From positions 855,200-919,199 of the forward strand of contig JAZKHE010000002.1 of the NCBI GenBank assembly GCA_040385525.1: 64,000 nt of DNA, given 5' to 3'. Of the stretch, positions 52,020 to 62,238 are shown one piece after another; the stretch's first letter is position 1, and the number at the start of each line of letters is the position of its first letter. The stretch comes from Bacteroidota bacterium. Its GTDB lineage: Bacteria > Bacteroidota > Bacteroidia > UBA4408. The position numbers were made by a program, and so were the translations under genes. The notes beneath the pieces were generated by a model that saw only the letters and a list, made by a program, of their open reading frames with translations, was not told where the DNA came from and made no database searches.

Positions 52020-52493
52020 ATGAAAAATTTAGTTTTTATTATCTCTTTATTGTCGCTTTTTATTTCGTCTTGTAAAAAAGAAGAAGTAAAACAAGATCCT
52101 TATGCTTGGATAGACAATTATACTGGTAATTTTAAGTTTTCTATTTCTGAAGAATCATTTCAACCAGGAGATCCATTCGGAGGTTTTTTTCAAAGTACTA
52201 CATCTACTAAAAATTATGAGGCAGAAGGCACAATATCTCGAATTAATGAAAAAAACTTAATTAAAATTCAAATTGGTGGATTTATGATTGATAGTTTAAT
52301 TATTGACGAAAATAAAAATTTTTCATATACATTCAATGACGGCGGACAGTGTGGTGGTAATACAGAAGAAATTACGGGTATGTACGTTATTAACAGAGAT
52401 AGTGTTTCTTTTTCATATATTTCTTATTATTATAGGTGCGATGGAATGAGAAATCACTTTAAGAAAAACGCTGTAGGAACTAGACTTCCTTGA
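52020..52493 (+). CDS. Hypothetical lipoprotein
   Basis: 157 aa. Lipoprotein signal (ISSC). No recognisable domain. Confidence 0.4.
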   Translation: MKNLVFIISLLSLFISSCKKEEVKQDPYAWIDNYTGNFKFSISEESFQPGDPFGGFFQSTTSTKNYEAEGTISRINEKNLIKIQIGGFMIDSLIIDENKNFSYTFNDGGQCGGNTEEITGMYVINRDSVSFSYISYYYRCDGMRNHFKKNAVGTRLP

Positions 52494-52592
52494 TTTGCAA
52501 TACGTATTAAATTAGACTCATTCTAACCTTTCTGGCGCAAGCGTCCGCTTGAGCTGTAATTAAAATACAAATATGTAATATTTTAAACAGAT

Positions 52593-52673
52593 AATCGGAA
52601 TTAATACGATTTTCTATTGTTTATTTTACAATTAATTGTTAAAATAGTTGCAATTAATCGGAAAAAATCCGAT
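52593..52673 (+). promoter_or_regulatory. Candidate AbiEi operator: two related palindromes upstream of abiEi
   Basis: Perfect inverted repeat ATCGGA-AAAAA-TCCGAT at 52657-52673. A related imperfect site ATCGGAATTAATACGAT at about 52593-52611. Both lie within 100 bp of the 52696 start. Confidence 0.5.
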
Positions 52674-52695
52674 TATTGCATAATAATTTTGCATT

Positions 52696-53334
52696 GTGGA
52701 ATTTAGAAGACTAATAAAAGAATACGCCGAAATACCTGTTTCTCACAGTTTGTTGATGGATGCGCTTGTTGAGTACAATCGCCCCAACGATAAAATAAGT
52801 GAGTTGCTAAAAAGTGGCGCACTAATTTCTGTAAAAAGAGGTTTGTATCTTTTTGGTACAGATTTAGATTTGGCTGTTCCCGAGCCATTTTTAATTGCTA
52901 ATCATTTGCGTGGGCCAAGTTATGTTTCGTTGGAGTCTGCTTTGTCTTATTGGGGTTTAATACCAGAGCGTGTGCACGAAATTACTTCTGCAACGCTAAA
53001 AACTTCAAAAAAATATAATGCAGAAGCAGGTCGATTTAGTTTTTATCATTTGCCTTCGCCGTATTATTCTTTTGGAATACAAAGTGTGCAACTTACTCCA
53101 AAACAAACCGTGCTTATGGCTTCGCGCGAAAAAGCAGTTTGCGACAAAGTAATTTTAACCTCGGGTGTTTTGTTAAGAAGCGTTAGTCAAACAAAAGATT
53201 TTTTGCTAAACGATATGCGTATGGACGAAGAAATTTTACAAAGTTTAAATACTACAACTATCGCTTCGTGGATTGATGACGCACCAAAAAGTAATAGTAT
53301 TGCAATGCTTATTAAAACATTAAATACGCTATGA
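52696..53334 (+). CDS. abiEi: Type IV toxin-antitoxin/abortive-infection AbiEi-family antitoxin (transcriptional regulator)
   Basis: 212 aa. AbiEi_4-like N-terminal winged helix (LLKSGALISVKRGLYLF). Directly upstream of an AbiEii gene, overlapping it by 4 bp. Confidence 0.75.
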   Translation: MEFRRLIKEYAEIPVSHSLLMDALVEYNRPNDKISELLKSGALISVKRGLYLFGTDLDLAVPEPFLIANHLRGPSYVSLESALSYWGLIPERVHEITSATLKTSKKYNAEAGRFSFYHLPSPYYSFGIQSVQLTPKQTVLMASREKAVCDKVILTSGVLLRSVSQTKDFLLNDMRMDEEILQSLNTTTIASWIDDAPKSNSIAMLIKTLNTL

Positions 53335-54182
53335 TTAAAGAATGGATAGCAACATACAATCCGAAAAACGAAGACGAAACGTTGTCGGCTTTGCGCGAAA
53401 TTATGCAAGAAATAGCCCTTTCGGGATTATCGCGAACCGATTTTTTTGAAAGGGCTGCTTTTTATGGTGGCACTGCACTTCGCATTTTTTATGGATTAGA
53501 TAGATTTTCGGAAGACTTGGATTTCTCTTTGCTGGAGCCCGATGCAAACTTTTCGTTAGAGCCTTATTTTTCTGCCATTGTTACAGAATTTGAAGCTATT
53601 GGAATGACGGTAAGCATAAACGAAAAAGATAAAAAAATACAAACGAATGTTGAATCGGCTTTTTTAAAATCGGAAACCATTTGGAAAGAATTGATTTTAG
53701 AAGACATAGTAAAACAAGCAGGAATAAAATCGAACAAAGAAATAAAAATTAAAATAGAAGTTGACAGGCAGCCACCACTTGGTTTTGAAACCGAAGAAAA
53801 ATTGTTGTTGCGTCCGTTTTCGTTTTATGTAAAATGTTTTACGTTGCCGAGTTTGTTTGCAGGAAAAATGCACGCACTTTTATTTCGTAAATGGAAAAAT
53901 CGCGTAAAAGGAAGAGATTGGTACGATTTAGAATGGTATATAAAAAACGGAGTAGCATTAGATGTAAGTCATTTTTTGCAACGCGCTAAAGATACAGGAG
54001 ATTGGAAAGCGAAAACTATTTCTCAAAAACAAATACTAGAAATACTAAACCAAAAAATTAATACAGTTTCATTCGATAATGTTAAGGAAGATGTTGTTCG
54101 ATTTATAAAAGACGATAAAGCACTTAAAATTTGGACTCCAACTTACTTTAATGATTTATCGAAGAAATTAAAGTTTAAGTAA
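53331..54182 (+). CDS. abiEii: AbiEii/AbiGii-family nucleotidyltransferase toxin
   Basis: 283 aa. DUF1814/AbiEii signature YGGTALRIFYGLDRFSEDLDFSL (nucleotidyltransferase fold). Confidence 0.8.
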   Translation: MIKEWIATYNPKNEDETLSALREIMQEIALSGLSRTDFFERAAFYGGTALRIFYGLDRFSEDLDFSLLEPDANFSLEPYFSAIVTEFEAIGMTVSINEKDKKIQTNVESAFLKSETIWKELILEDIVKQAGIKSNKEIKIKIEVDRQPPLGFETEEKLLLRPFSFYVKCFTLPSLFAGKMHALLFRKWKNRVKGRDWYDLEWYIKNGVALDVSHFLQRAKDTGDWKAKTISQKQILEILNQKINTVSFDNVKEDVVRFIKDDKALKIWTPTYFNDLSKKLKFK

Positions 54183-54253
54183 AATATTTTAATTGTAATT
54201 GATTTTATCAAATAATTTACTTATCTTTGACGTAAGTATCGTTATGCGTTAGT

Positions 54254-54535
54254 ATGATAATTTCCTTTGGTAATAAAGAAACGGAAAAAGTTTGGGAGGG
54301 TGAAAGAATAAAAAGTCCTTCAACTGAGATTCAGGAAATAGCTCGACGAAAGCTAAGAATGTTGAATAACTCGCAGAATATTAACGATTTGATGATACCT
54401 CCTTCTAATGAATTAGAAAAATTAAAAGGAGATTTAAAAGATTATTATTCTATTCGTATAAATAATCAATGGCGGATTATTTTTAAATGGAATAACGGAA
54501 ATGCTGAAGAAGTAGAAATTATCGATTATCATTAA
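54254..54535 (+). CDS. higB: HigB-family (RelE/ParE superfamily) toxin
   Basis: 93 aa. FGNKETEKVW...YSIRINNQWRIIFKW...EVEIIDYH matches the HigB plasmid-maintenance killer pattern. Confidence 0.8.
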   Translation: MIISFGNKETEKVWEGERIKSPSTEIQEIARRKLRMLNNSQNINDLMIPPSNELEKLKGDLKDYYSIRINNQWRIIFKWNNGNAEEVEIIDYH

Positions 54536-54547
54536 AAGTTTAAAATA

Positions 54548-54847
54548 ATGAAAACACTAAAAAACATTCATCCAGGGGAAGTGCTTTTACAGGAGTTTTT
54601 ACTTCCGTTGGAAATAAGTGCTTATAGGTTAGCAAAAGATATTGCAATTCCTCAAACACGTATTTCTCTAATTATTAAAGGAGAACGAAGAGTAACAGCT
54701 GATACGGCTTTGCGACTTTCTAAATATTTTGGTAATAGCGCAAAATTTTGGTTAGGCTTGCAAGATGATTATGACATTGAAGATGAAATAGTGCAAAAGA
54801 AAAAAGAACTAAATGCAATAAAGCAATACAATAAATCAGCAGCATAA
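54548..54847 (+). CDS. higA: HigA-family XRE-HTH antitoxin
   Basis: 99 aa. IHPGEVLLQEFLLPLEISAYRLAKDIAIPQTRISLIIKGERRVTADTALRLSKYFGNSAKFWLGLQ is the HigA/VapI signature. Confidence 0.8.
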   Translation: MKTLKNIHPGEVLLQEFLLPLEISAYRLAKDIAIPQTRISLIIKGERRVTADTALRLSKYFGNSAKFWLGLQDDYDIEDEIVQKKKELNAIKQYNKSAA

Positions 54848-54852
54848 TATTT

Positions 54853-55272
54853 ATGCGTATTAAATTAGATTTCCCAGAAAAGGTAGTTTTTACAACAGAA
54901 ATTGCAGTAAGAATATCTGACGTAAATTATGGCGGACATTTAGGCAACGATGCTGTTTTATCGCTTGCACACGAAGCGCGTTTACAGTTTTTAAAATCGA
55001 TAAATTGTACCGAATTGAATTTATTTTGTGTTTCAATTATTATGGGTGATGCCGCTGTAGTATACAAAGCAGAGGCTTTTTATGGCGATGTGCTACAAAT
55101 ACAAATTGCAATTGCAGATGTTTCTGCGCGTAGTTTTGATATTTATTATTCACTAAAAAATAAAAAAACGCAACAACAAATTGCTATTGTTAAAACGGGG
55201 ATAGTTTGTTTTGATTACGAAACTCGTAAAACAACAAACGTACCAACTGAGTTTGTAAATTTGTTTGCGTGA
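54853..55272 (+). CDS. Hotdog-fold acyl-CoA thioesterase (YbgC/4HBT-like)
   Basis: 139 aa. YGGHLGNDAVLSLAHEAR motif. Confidence 0.7.
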   Translation: MRIKLDFPEKVVFTTEIAVRISDVNYGGHLGNDAVLSLAHEARLQFLKSINCTELNLFCVSIIMGDAAVVYKAEAFYGDVLQIQIAIADVSARSFDIYYSLKNKKTQQQIAIVKTGIVCFDYETRKTTNVPTEFVNLFA

Positions 55273-55307
55273 TTGATAAAGATGCTTCGTGCCTCAGCAT
55301 GACAATT

Positions 55308-55345
55308 AAAAAAAATCCCGAACAATTTGTTCGGGATTTTTTTGT
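55308..55345. terminator. Bidirectional terminator (thioesterase + / glnN -)
   Basis: AAAAAAAATCCCGAACA-ATT-TGTTCGGGATTTTTTTG. Perfect 10-bp stem flanked by A-run and T-run. Confidence 0.75.
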
Positions 55346-55346
55346 T

Positions 55347-57536
55347 TTATTTTACAAATAATAATTCTCTATATTTTGGTAATGGCCATTCTGCATTATC
55401 AACTAAAAGTTCTAGTTTATCTACTTCGTAGCGTATTTTTTCAAAATAAGGAATTACTTTTTCGCAATAGGCTACAGCTTGTTTTTTAGCATGTTCAATA
55501 GCGTTTGCTTTTTTGCGTTCTTCGGTCATTTCATCCACAAATTTAATAATCTTAGAAATACGTTCTGATACTTCGATGATCATATCCATTTGCGATTGTG
55601 CATGTTGTTTAAAATCTTTTTCACCAAAAATAGATTTTAATCCAGTTACGTTATTTATTAATTTATTTTGATAATTAATTGCAACAGGCACAATGTGATT
55701 TAAAGCTAAATCGCCCATTACACGAGATTCTATTTGAATTTTTTTAGTATAAATTTCTAAACTAATATCATGACGAGCTTCTGTTTCGCGCTCACTCATA
55801 ATATTATAATCTTTAAATAATTGTTTTGTTTTTTTAGAAGCTAAAGCATCTAACGCATCGGGCGTTGTTTTAATGTTAGACAAACCTCTTTTTTCTGCTT
55901 CTTTTACCCATTCGTCGCCGTAGCCGTTTCCTTCAAATCTTATTTTTTTAGATTCAATAATGTAAGTGCGTAATACTTGCAAAATAGCTTCGTCTTTTTT
56001 AACGTCTTTTTCAATTAAAGCATCTACTTCTTTTTTAAATTTATTTAATTGGTCAGCAATAATTAAATTTAATGCAATCATTGCTGAAGCGCAGTTAGCT
56101 GAAGAACCTACCGCTCTAAACTCAAATTTATTTCCTGTAAATGCAAAAGGCGATGTTCTATTTCTATCGGTATTATCCAATAATATTTCTGGAATTTTAC
56201 CAATGTTTAATTTTAAATCTGTTTTTTCGTCAGGAGTCATTTTTCCATCTTTCACTTTGCTTTCTAACTCATCTAACACAGAGCTTAATTGGCTCCCTAA
56301 AAATACCGACATAATTGCTGGAGGAGCTTCGTTTGCACCAAGGCGGTGATCGTTACCTGCACTTGCAATTGATGCACGTAAAAAATCGGCATGCTCATAA
56401 ACTGCACGAACTGTAGTAATAAAGAAAGTTAAAAACTGTAAATTGTTTTTTGGAGTTTTGCCTGGCGATAATAAATTTTTACCTGTGTTTGTGCTAAGCG
56501 CCCAGTTGTTGTGTTTGCCCGAACCATTTACTCCAGAAAAAGGTTTTTCGTGCATTAACACTTTAAAATGATGGCGTTGAGCAACTTTACTCATTAAATC
56601 CATCAACAATTGATTGTGATCGTTAGCTAAATTTACTTCTTCAAAAACGGGTGCGCACTCAAACTGATTTGGAGCCACTTCGTTATGACGTGTTTTTAAA
56701 GGAATACCTAACATTAAACTTTCTGCTTCAAAATCGCGCATAAAATTTAAAACTCTATCAGGAATAGAGCCAAAATAATGATCTTCTAATTGTTGACCTT
56801 TGGCAGGAGAGTGTCCAAACAAAGTTCTGCCTGTCATAGCTAAATCGGGGCGTGCATTGTGTAAAGATGTGTCGACCAAAAAATATTCTTGTTCGCAGCC
56901 TAAAGTAGCAATTACTTTAGTTACGTTCTTGTCAAAATATTGGCAAACATCAACAGCAGCTTTATCAACAGCGTGCAATGCTTTTAATAAAGGCGTTTTA
57001 TAATCTAAGGCTTCGCCTGTGTAAGATATAAATATGGTAGGAATACATAAAGTTGTGCCAATTACAAATGCAGGAGACGATGGATCCCAAGCTGTGTAGC
57101 CACGAGCTTCAAATGTATTGCGAATTCCTCCGTTTGGAAAGCTAGATGCATCTGGCTCTTGCTGAACCAAAGCCGAACCTTCAAAATTTTCGATAGCTAA
57201 ACCATCACCAATAGGTTCAAAAAAAGCATCGTGTTTTTCGGCAGTACTACCCGTTAAAGGTTGAAACCAATGTGTGTAGTGCGTTGCACCACGTCCGCTA
57301 GCCCAAGCTTTCATTGCAGAAGCAACTTGATTAGCTGTTTTTCTATCTATTTGTGTGCCATGATCTATTGCGCTTATAACACTTTCGTAAGCTTCTTTAC
57401 TTAAAAACTCGCGCATTGATATTTTGCCAAATACATTTTTGCCAAAAATTTCAGGACTTTTATAGTCTTTAATAATGGGTTCAACAGGATTTCTGTTGCT
57501 TGCTTCTTTTAGAGCGTTAAAACGAATAGAGAACAT
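55347..57536 (-). CDS. glnN: Glutamine synthetase type III
   Basis: 729 aa. GSIII length and conserved blocks typical of Bacteroidetes. Confidence 0.9.
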   Translation of the reverse strand: MFSIRFNALKEASNRNPVEPIIKDYKSPEIFGKNVFGKISMREFLSKEAYESVISAIDHGTQIDRKTANQVASAMKAWASGRGATHYTHWFQPLTGSTAEKHDAFFEPIGDGLAIENFEGSALVQQEPDASSFPNGGIRNTFEARGYTAWDPSSPAFVIGTTLCIPTIFISYTGEALDYKTPLLKALHAVDKAAVDVCQYFDKNVTKVIATLGCEQEYFLVDTSLHNARPDLAMTGRTLFGHSPAKGQQLEDHYFGSIPDRVLNFMRDFEAESLMLGIPLKTRHNEVAPNQFECAPVFEEVNLANDHNQLLMDLMSKVAQRHHFKVLMHEKPFSGVNGSGKHNNWALSTNTGKNLLSPGKTPKNNLQFLTFFITTVRAVYEHADFLRASIASAGNDHRLGANEAPPAIMSVFLGSQLSSVLDELESKVKDGKMTPDEKTDLKLNIGKIPEILLDNTDRNRTSPFAFTGNKFEFRAVGSSANCASAMIALNLIIADQLNKFKKEVDALIEKDVKKDEAILQVLRTYIIESKKIRFEGNGYGDEWVKEAEKRGLSNIKTTPDALDALASKKTKQLFKDYNIMSERETEARHDISLEIYTKKIQIESRVMGDLALNHIVPVAINYQNKLINNVTGLKSIFGEKDFKQHAQSQMDMIIEVSERISKIIKFVDEMTEERKKANAIEHAKKQAVAYCEKVIPYFEKIRYEVDKLELLVDNAEWPLPKYRELLFVK

Positions 57537-57778
57537 AATTTTTTGTATTAATTTTGTGCGAAGGTATAAAAAATGACAATATTGTATTAAAAAAGTGAAA
57601 AATATTTAAAATATGTTGAAAAAATAGGGGGGTGTTCTAAAATAAATGAATTTTTTAAGTTTTTCTTTTTTTTAGATGAAATTAGGAATGATTTGTCAAA
57701 ATATTTGGTCATAATTAAAGTATTTTCTATCTTTGCCGTCCATAAAAAAAAATAATTAACAATTAAACAAACAACACA

Positions 57779-58132
57779 ATGTTAAAGAATTACGAAACCG
57801 TTTTCATTTTAACTCCCGTTTTGTCTGATGATCAGGCAAAGGAAGCGGTAAACAAGTTTAAAAAACTAATTACTGACAACGGAGGAAAATTGATCCACGA
57901 AGAGAGTTGGGGCTTAAAAAAATTAGCTTACCCAATTCAAAAAAAATCCTCAGGATTTTATTTTTTACTTCAATTTGATGCTCCAGGCTCATTTGTTAAC
58001 GACTTTGAGATAGCGTTTAAGCGTGATGAGCGCGTTTTACGTTTCTTAACAGTAGCTTTAGACAAATATAGCTTTGCTTATGCAGAAAAAAGAAGAGGTT
58101 TAGCTGCTAACAAAAAAGAAGTTACAGCTTAA
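57779..58132 (+). CDS. rpsF: 30S ribosomal protein S6
   Basis: 117 aa. YETVFILTP start. Confidence 0.95.
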   Translation: MLKNYETVFILTPVLSDDQAKEAVNKFKKLITDNGGKLIHEESWGLKKLAYPIQKKSSGFYFLLQFDAPGSFVNDFEIAFKRDERVLRFLTVALDKYSFAYAEKRRGLAANKKEVTA

Positions 58133-58158
58133 TTAAAAACAATTAAAAACTAAAAAAA

Positions 58159-58428
58159 ATGTCAGCACCAAACTCAGAAATTAGATACTTAAACCCACCA
58201 TCAGTTGAGGTTAAGGCTAAAAAATACTGTCGTTTTAAAAAATCAGGTATTAAATTTATCGATTACAAAGACGAGAAGTTTTTATTAAAATTTGTAAACG
58301 AACAAGGTAAAATTTTACCACGTCGTTTAACAGGTACATCAGTTAAATATCAAGGTAAATTGGCTTCTGCTGTTAAAAGAGCTCGCCACTTAGCTTTATT
58401 GCCATATGTTGGCGACATGTTAAAATAA
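58159..58428 (+). CDS. rpsR: 30S ribosomal protein S18
   Basis: 89 aa. [18 protein letters not shown]...RRLTGT...[10 protein letters not shown]. Confidence 0.95.
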   Translation: MSAPNSEIRYLNPPSVEVKAKKYCRFKKSGIKFIDYKDEKFLLKFVNEQGKILPRRLTGTSVKYQGKLASAVKRARHLALLPYVGDMLK

Positions 58429-58443
58429 TAAGGAGGATAAGAA

Positions 58444-58890
58444 ATGGAAGTTATTTTAAAGAAAGACGTAAAAAACCTTGGTTATAAAGATGAAGTAGTA
58501 ACTGTGAAAAACGGTTACGGTACAAATTATTTAATACCACAAGGTATGGCTGCTATGGCTACAGTAAGCAACAAAAAGATGCTTGCTGAAACAATGAAAC
58601 AACGTGCGTTTAAAGAAGAAAAAATTAAAAAAGCGGCAGCAGTTACTGCTGATTTCTTAACAAATGCATTAGTTAAAGTTGGCGCTAAAGCTGGCGAAAA
58701 TGGTAAAATATTTGGTTCGGTTACTGCATTGCAGATTTCTGAAGCAATTAAAAAACTAGGTCATGAAGTTGATAGAAAAGTAATTACTCTTGATGAAGAA
58801 CACATCAAAACTTTGGGTAAATACACTGCAAAAGCTCGCTTACACCGCGAAGTTATTGCAACTATTAACTTTGAAGTAGTTGAAGAATAG
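58444..58890 (+). CDS. rplI: 50S ribosomal protein L9
   Basis: 148 aa. MEVILKKDVKNLG start. RBS AGGAGG upstream. Confidence 0.95.
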   Translation: MEVILKKDVKNLGYKDEVVTVKNGYGTNYLIPQGMAAMATVSNKKMLAETMKQRAFKEEKIKKAAAVTADFLTNALVKVGAKAGENGKIFGSVTALQISEAIKKLGHEVDRKVITLDEEHIKTLGKYTAKARLHREVIATINFEVVEE

Positions 58891-58914
58891 TTAAAACAAA
58901 ATTTTACAGAGAGA

Positions 58915-58950
58915 TAAAAATCCCGAACGATAAGTTCGGGATTTTTTTTG
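58915..58950. terminator. Bidirectional terminator (rplI + / DUF808 -); same stem sequence as the 55308 terminator
   Basis: AAAAATCCCGAAC-GATAA-GTTCGGGATTTTTTTTG. Confidence 0.75.
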
Positions 58951-59031
58951 CAACTGATTTTTTTAAAAGTAAAAATTTGAATTTTATGCAATCCTAAAAT
59001 TGAATTTTAAATGATAGAATTTGGTTTTAAA

Positions 59032-59904
59032 TTATGTTTTTTTCCGAAATAGAGAAATGATTTTTTTAATGGCAATTATTAAAATTAACGAAATTAATCC
59101 GCCAACTACGCCAAAAGTAAACTCTTTTAGCATGCTTGGCCACTCAGGTAAAATGTGATGCAAATAGTTAATGTTGTGCGCAAATATACCTCCCGCCACA
59201 AGCAATAATGCAATTGTTCCTAGCACAGAAAATGTTTTGATAACAATTGGTAAGGCGTTTACTAATAACATGCCTAGTGTATTAAAAAAAACTTTTTTAT
59301 TCGATTTTTCAATCAGTTTAAATCCAAAATCATCCATACGAACTACTAGCGCTACAATGCCATAAACACCCACAGTAGCTAATATTGAAACAACTGATAA
59401 GGTTAAAATTTGTACACTTAAATTTTTGTCTAAAACGGTGCTTAATGAAATAATTACAATTTCAACAGAGAGAATAAAATCGGTGGTAATGGCTGATTTT
59501 ATTTTTGTTTTTTCCAATTCAGCATCATCTTTAACTACTTCAACTACTGCTTCTTGTGTAGCTTGTTTTTTATGAAAGAAATATTCTGCAATTTTTTCTA
59601 CACCTTCAAAAGCAAGATAAAATCCACCTAGTATAAGTATTACTATTATTGCAGTTGGCAAAAATATATTTAGTAATAAAGTTACAGGTACAATAATTAA
59701 CTTGTTTATAAACGAGCCTTTTGTAATTGCCCACAAAACAGGAATTTCTCTAGACGATACAAAGCCAGTTGATTTTTCGGCATTTACTGCTAAATCATCA
59801 CCAAGTATTCCAGCTGTTTTTTTTGTGGCGATTTTTGCGTTAGCAGCAACGTCGTCCATCAAAGCAGCTATATCGTCTAAAATTACAAAAAAGCCTGATG
59901 CCAT
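59032..59904 (-). CDS. DUF808 (YedI-like) inner-membrane protein
   Basis: 290 aa. MASGFFVILDDIAALMDDVAANAKIATKKTAGILGDDLAVNAEK N-terminus is characteristic of DUF808. Confidence 0.8.
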   Translation of the reverse strand: MASGFFVILDDIAALMDDVAANAKIATKKTAGILGDDLAVNAEKSTGFVSSREIPVLWAITKGSFINKLIIVPVTLLLNIFLPTAIIVILILGGFYLAFEGVEKIAEYFFHKKQATQEAVVEVVKDDAELEKTKIKSAITTDFILSVEIVIISLSTVLDKNLSVQILTLSVVSILATVGVYGIVALVVRMDDFGFKLIEKSNKKVFFNTLGMLLVNALPIVIKTFSVLGTIALLLVAGGIFAHNINYLHHILPEWPSMLKEFTFGVVGGLISLILIIAIKKIISLFRKKT

Positions 59905-59977
59905 ATTTGTTTAAATTTATTTTGATGTTAAAGTAAAACTTTTTTGTGAAAAGGCATGTTAAACTTATATACATTTT

Positions 59978-60559
59978 CTATCGTAAATGTTTTGGTTTAA
60001 GATTTTGCGCAGCACTTTCTGCAATTTCGTCAATGCGTTTTTGTTTAGTTTCTTGTAGCTTGGCAAGTGCTATCCAAGCTAATAACATTTTTTTTAGTGA
60101 TTTACTCAAACTTAAAAAAAACTCTTTCGATCCTTTGTGTTTTTTAAAAGCAATTTCTAAGTCGATCGGAATTATTAGTTCTTCAACATCATCTAAAATT
60201 GTCCAAGAGCCATTTTGTTTTGCTATTTCAATACTTGCAAATCCTGCTTTGGTCATCAAACCTTGTTCAATAAATTTCTCAACTTTTTCTTTATTAATTT
60301 TCGACCAAGTGCTTTTAGTTTTTCGTTTACTAAAAAATTGATGTGAGGTTTCTTTGTCGATTGAAATTCTTTTACTGTCTATCCAGCCAAAACAAAGGGC
60401 TTCATCAACTGCTTCACTCCATGTTATAGATTCTATTTTCGATTTTTTGTTATAATAGACAAGCCAAACAGCTTGCTTTGAAAGATGATTTTCTTGCAAC
60501 CATTTTCTCCACGCTGTTTGGCTTGTAGGATAAAATATTTCTATTTCAGGGTTTTCCAT
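59978..60559 (-). CDS. YdeI/OmpD-associated family protein
   Basis: 193 aa. WLVYYNKKSKIESITWSEAVDEALCFGWIDS matches the YdeI bacteriocin-protection domain pattern. Confidence 0.7.
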   Translation of the reverse strand: MENPEIEIFYPTSQTAWRKWLQENHLSKQAVWLVYYNKKSKIESITWSEAVDEALCFGWIDSKRISIDKETSHQFFSKRKTKSTWSKINKEKVEKFIEQGLMTKAGFASIEIAKQNGSWTILDDVEELIIPIDLEIAFKKHKGSKEFFLSLSKSLKKMLLAWIALAKLQETKQKRIDEIAESAAQNLKPKHLR

Positions 60560-60560
60560 T

Positions 60561-60938
60561 TCATTTTATTAAAGACAAATATTTTGCTCTGTTTTCATAA
60601 ATTATCCAAAGTAAAATTGCCCAAATTACCAAGGCAATTATTAAACTTTCTGGCGCCACAAAAATATGGGTAAATAAAACGCCAACCATTATCGGAAAAA
60701 TTACTAAAGCGCCAAGTGCTCTTGTTTTTGGTAACAGAATAAGTATCCCGCCTAAAACTTCTGCAAAACCTAACAAAGGCATAAGCCACTCAATTTCTAC
60801 CATCGCCAAACTGTCTTTAACTAATGCTTCGGGCAAATTTTCGGGAACGGGCATATAGTGTAAAAATTTATCGAGTCCACCGTTAATAAGTAATAGTGCA
60901 AAAAGGATGGACAGTACGTTCAAGATTTTATTTTTCAT
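60561..60938 (-). CDS. DoxX-family membrane protein
   Basis: 125 aa. 4 TM segments. Confidence 0.6.
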   Translation of the reverse strand: MKNKILNVLSILFALLLINGGLDKFLHYMPVPENLPEALVKDSLAMVEIEWLMPLLGFAEVLGGILILLPKTRALGALVIFPIMVGVLFTHIFVAPESLIIALVIWAILLWIIYENRAKYLSLIK

Positions 60939-60949
60939 AGTTAAAGTTA

Positions 60950-61915
60950 TTATTTTAATTGATAATTAATCATCCAATTGATTCCGTATTTATCAGAAAA
61001 TTCTCCGAAGTAAGCACCAAAAAACATTTCTGCCATTGGCATTGTAACGTTTCCATCTATTGAGAGTTCGTTAAACAAACGGTCAGCCTCGTTTCTTGTT
61101 TCAGGTTCAATGCAAATGTGCATATTGTTTCCTTTGGTTAATGTAAAACCCATTTCTTTGGGAGCATCTGTGCCCATTAAAATATGATTACCTGTAATTG
61201 GTAATTCAACGTGTAATATCATTTTTTTAATTGCTTCGGCAATTGGCGGATGGTTAGGGTCAGCAGGAATATCAGCAAAACGTTGTATGCCTTTTCCAAT
61301 AAATTCTGTTTTAAAAACTTTTTTATAAAACAAGAATGCTTCTTCAGTTTTACCGTCAAAATTCAAGTAAGTGCAAACTCTTGCTTTATTACTTGTTTTG
61401 TTTTGCTTGCGAAGTTTAAATTGTGCTTCAATATATTGGTCAAGGTTTTGCATTGCCATTGTAAAGCCCTCTTTAAAGCCGACTTCAATTATTTTTTCAA
61501 GTGCTTCTAAACTTTCGTATTGAATGGTAATGTTTACACTTGTTATTTCTGAGTTTTCGCTAAAAACATTTGTCCAAAACGAATTAGGAAATTTTTCACC
61601 TACATTTCCGTTTTCATCACAAAAATTGTCTGTGTAAGAATAACTTTTATGGTGTTCAATTTTTTTGTAGTCGGCTTTGCACCAATGTGTTTCGTTTTTT
61701 GGACTTATCATTGCGTAGAGCCACATTCCATTTTCACGAAAATCCATTGATTTTGTTTTAGTTTTGTACGGCTTCGGAGCCCACCATTGGTCAAGGATTT
61801 CGGGGTTTGTCCACGCTTCCCAAACCAATTCTAAGTCAGCATTAAACTCTCGCTTCACGTTTACCGTGTTTTTTTCTTTGTTTACAACAAAGTCAAATTT
61901 TAAGTTGCTATTCAT
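60950..61915 (-). CDS. SRPBCC (Aha1-like) domain fused to a C-terminal VOC/PhnB-like domain
   Basis: 321 aa. N-terminal [23 protein letters not shown] (Aha1/SRPBCC). C-terminal [26 protein letters not shown] (PhnB/glyoxalase-like). Confidence 0.65.
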   Translation of the reverse strand: MNSNLKFDFVVNKEKNTVNVKREFNADLELVWEAWTNPEILDQWWAPKPYKTKTKSMDFRENGMWLYAMISPKNETHWCKADYKKIEHHKSYSYTDNFCDENGNVGEKFPNSFWTNVFSENSEITSVNITIQYESLEALEKIIEVGFKEGFTMAMQNLDQYIEAQFKLRKQNKTSNKARVCTYLNFDGKTEEAFLFYKKVFKTEFIGKGIQRFADIPADPNHPPIAEAIKKMILHVELPITGNHILMGTDAPKEMGFTLTKGNNMHICIEPETRNEADRLFNELSIDGNVTMPMAEMFFGAYFGEFSDKYGINWMINYQLK

Positions 61916-62238
61916 TTTTTCTTGCTTTTAAGTGTTGCTAATACATCGTCCAATTGATTGAAACGTGCTTCCCAAATCTTGCGGAATTGGTTTAACCATT
62001 TGTCTATTTCTTTCATTTTATTAATTTCGAGCGAGTAGTAAATCTCTCTGCCTTGATATTCTTGCTTTACAAGTTCACATTCAGTAAGAATGCGTAAGTG
62101 TTTAGAAACAGCTTGTCTTGTTGTGTTAAAGTTTTCGGCAATGGCGTTAGGAGTCATTGCCTGCAAAGCAATTAAGGCAATTATGGCTCGTCTTGTTGGG
62201 TCTGCAATTGCTTGAAAAATATCTCGTCTTACTTCCAT
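61912..62238 (-). CDS. ArsR/SmtB-family metalloregulator-type HTH transcriptional regulator
   Basis: 108 aa. [14 protein letters not shown]...[26 protein letters not shown]. 4-bp overlap with the downstream SRPBCC-VOC gene. Confidence 0.85.
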   Translation of the reverse strand: MEVRRDIFQAIADPTRRAIIALIALQAMTPNAIAENFNTTRQAVSKHLRILTECELVKQEYQGREIYYSLEINKMKEIDKWLNQFRKIWEARFNQLDDVLATLKSKKK

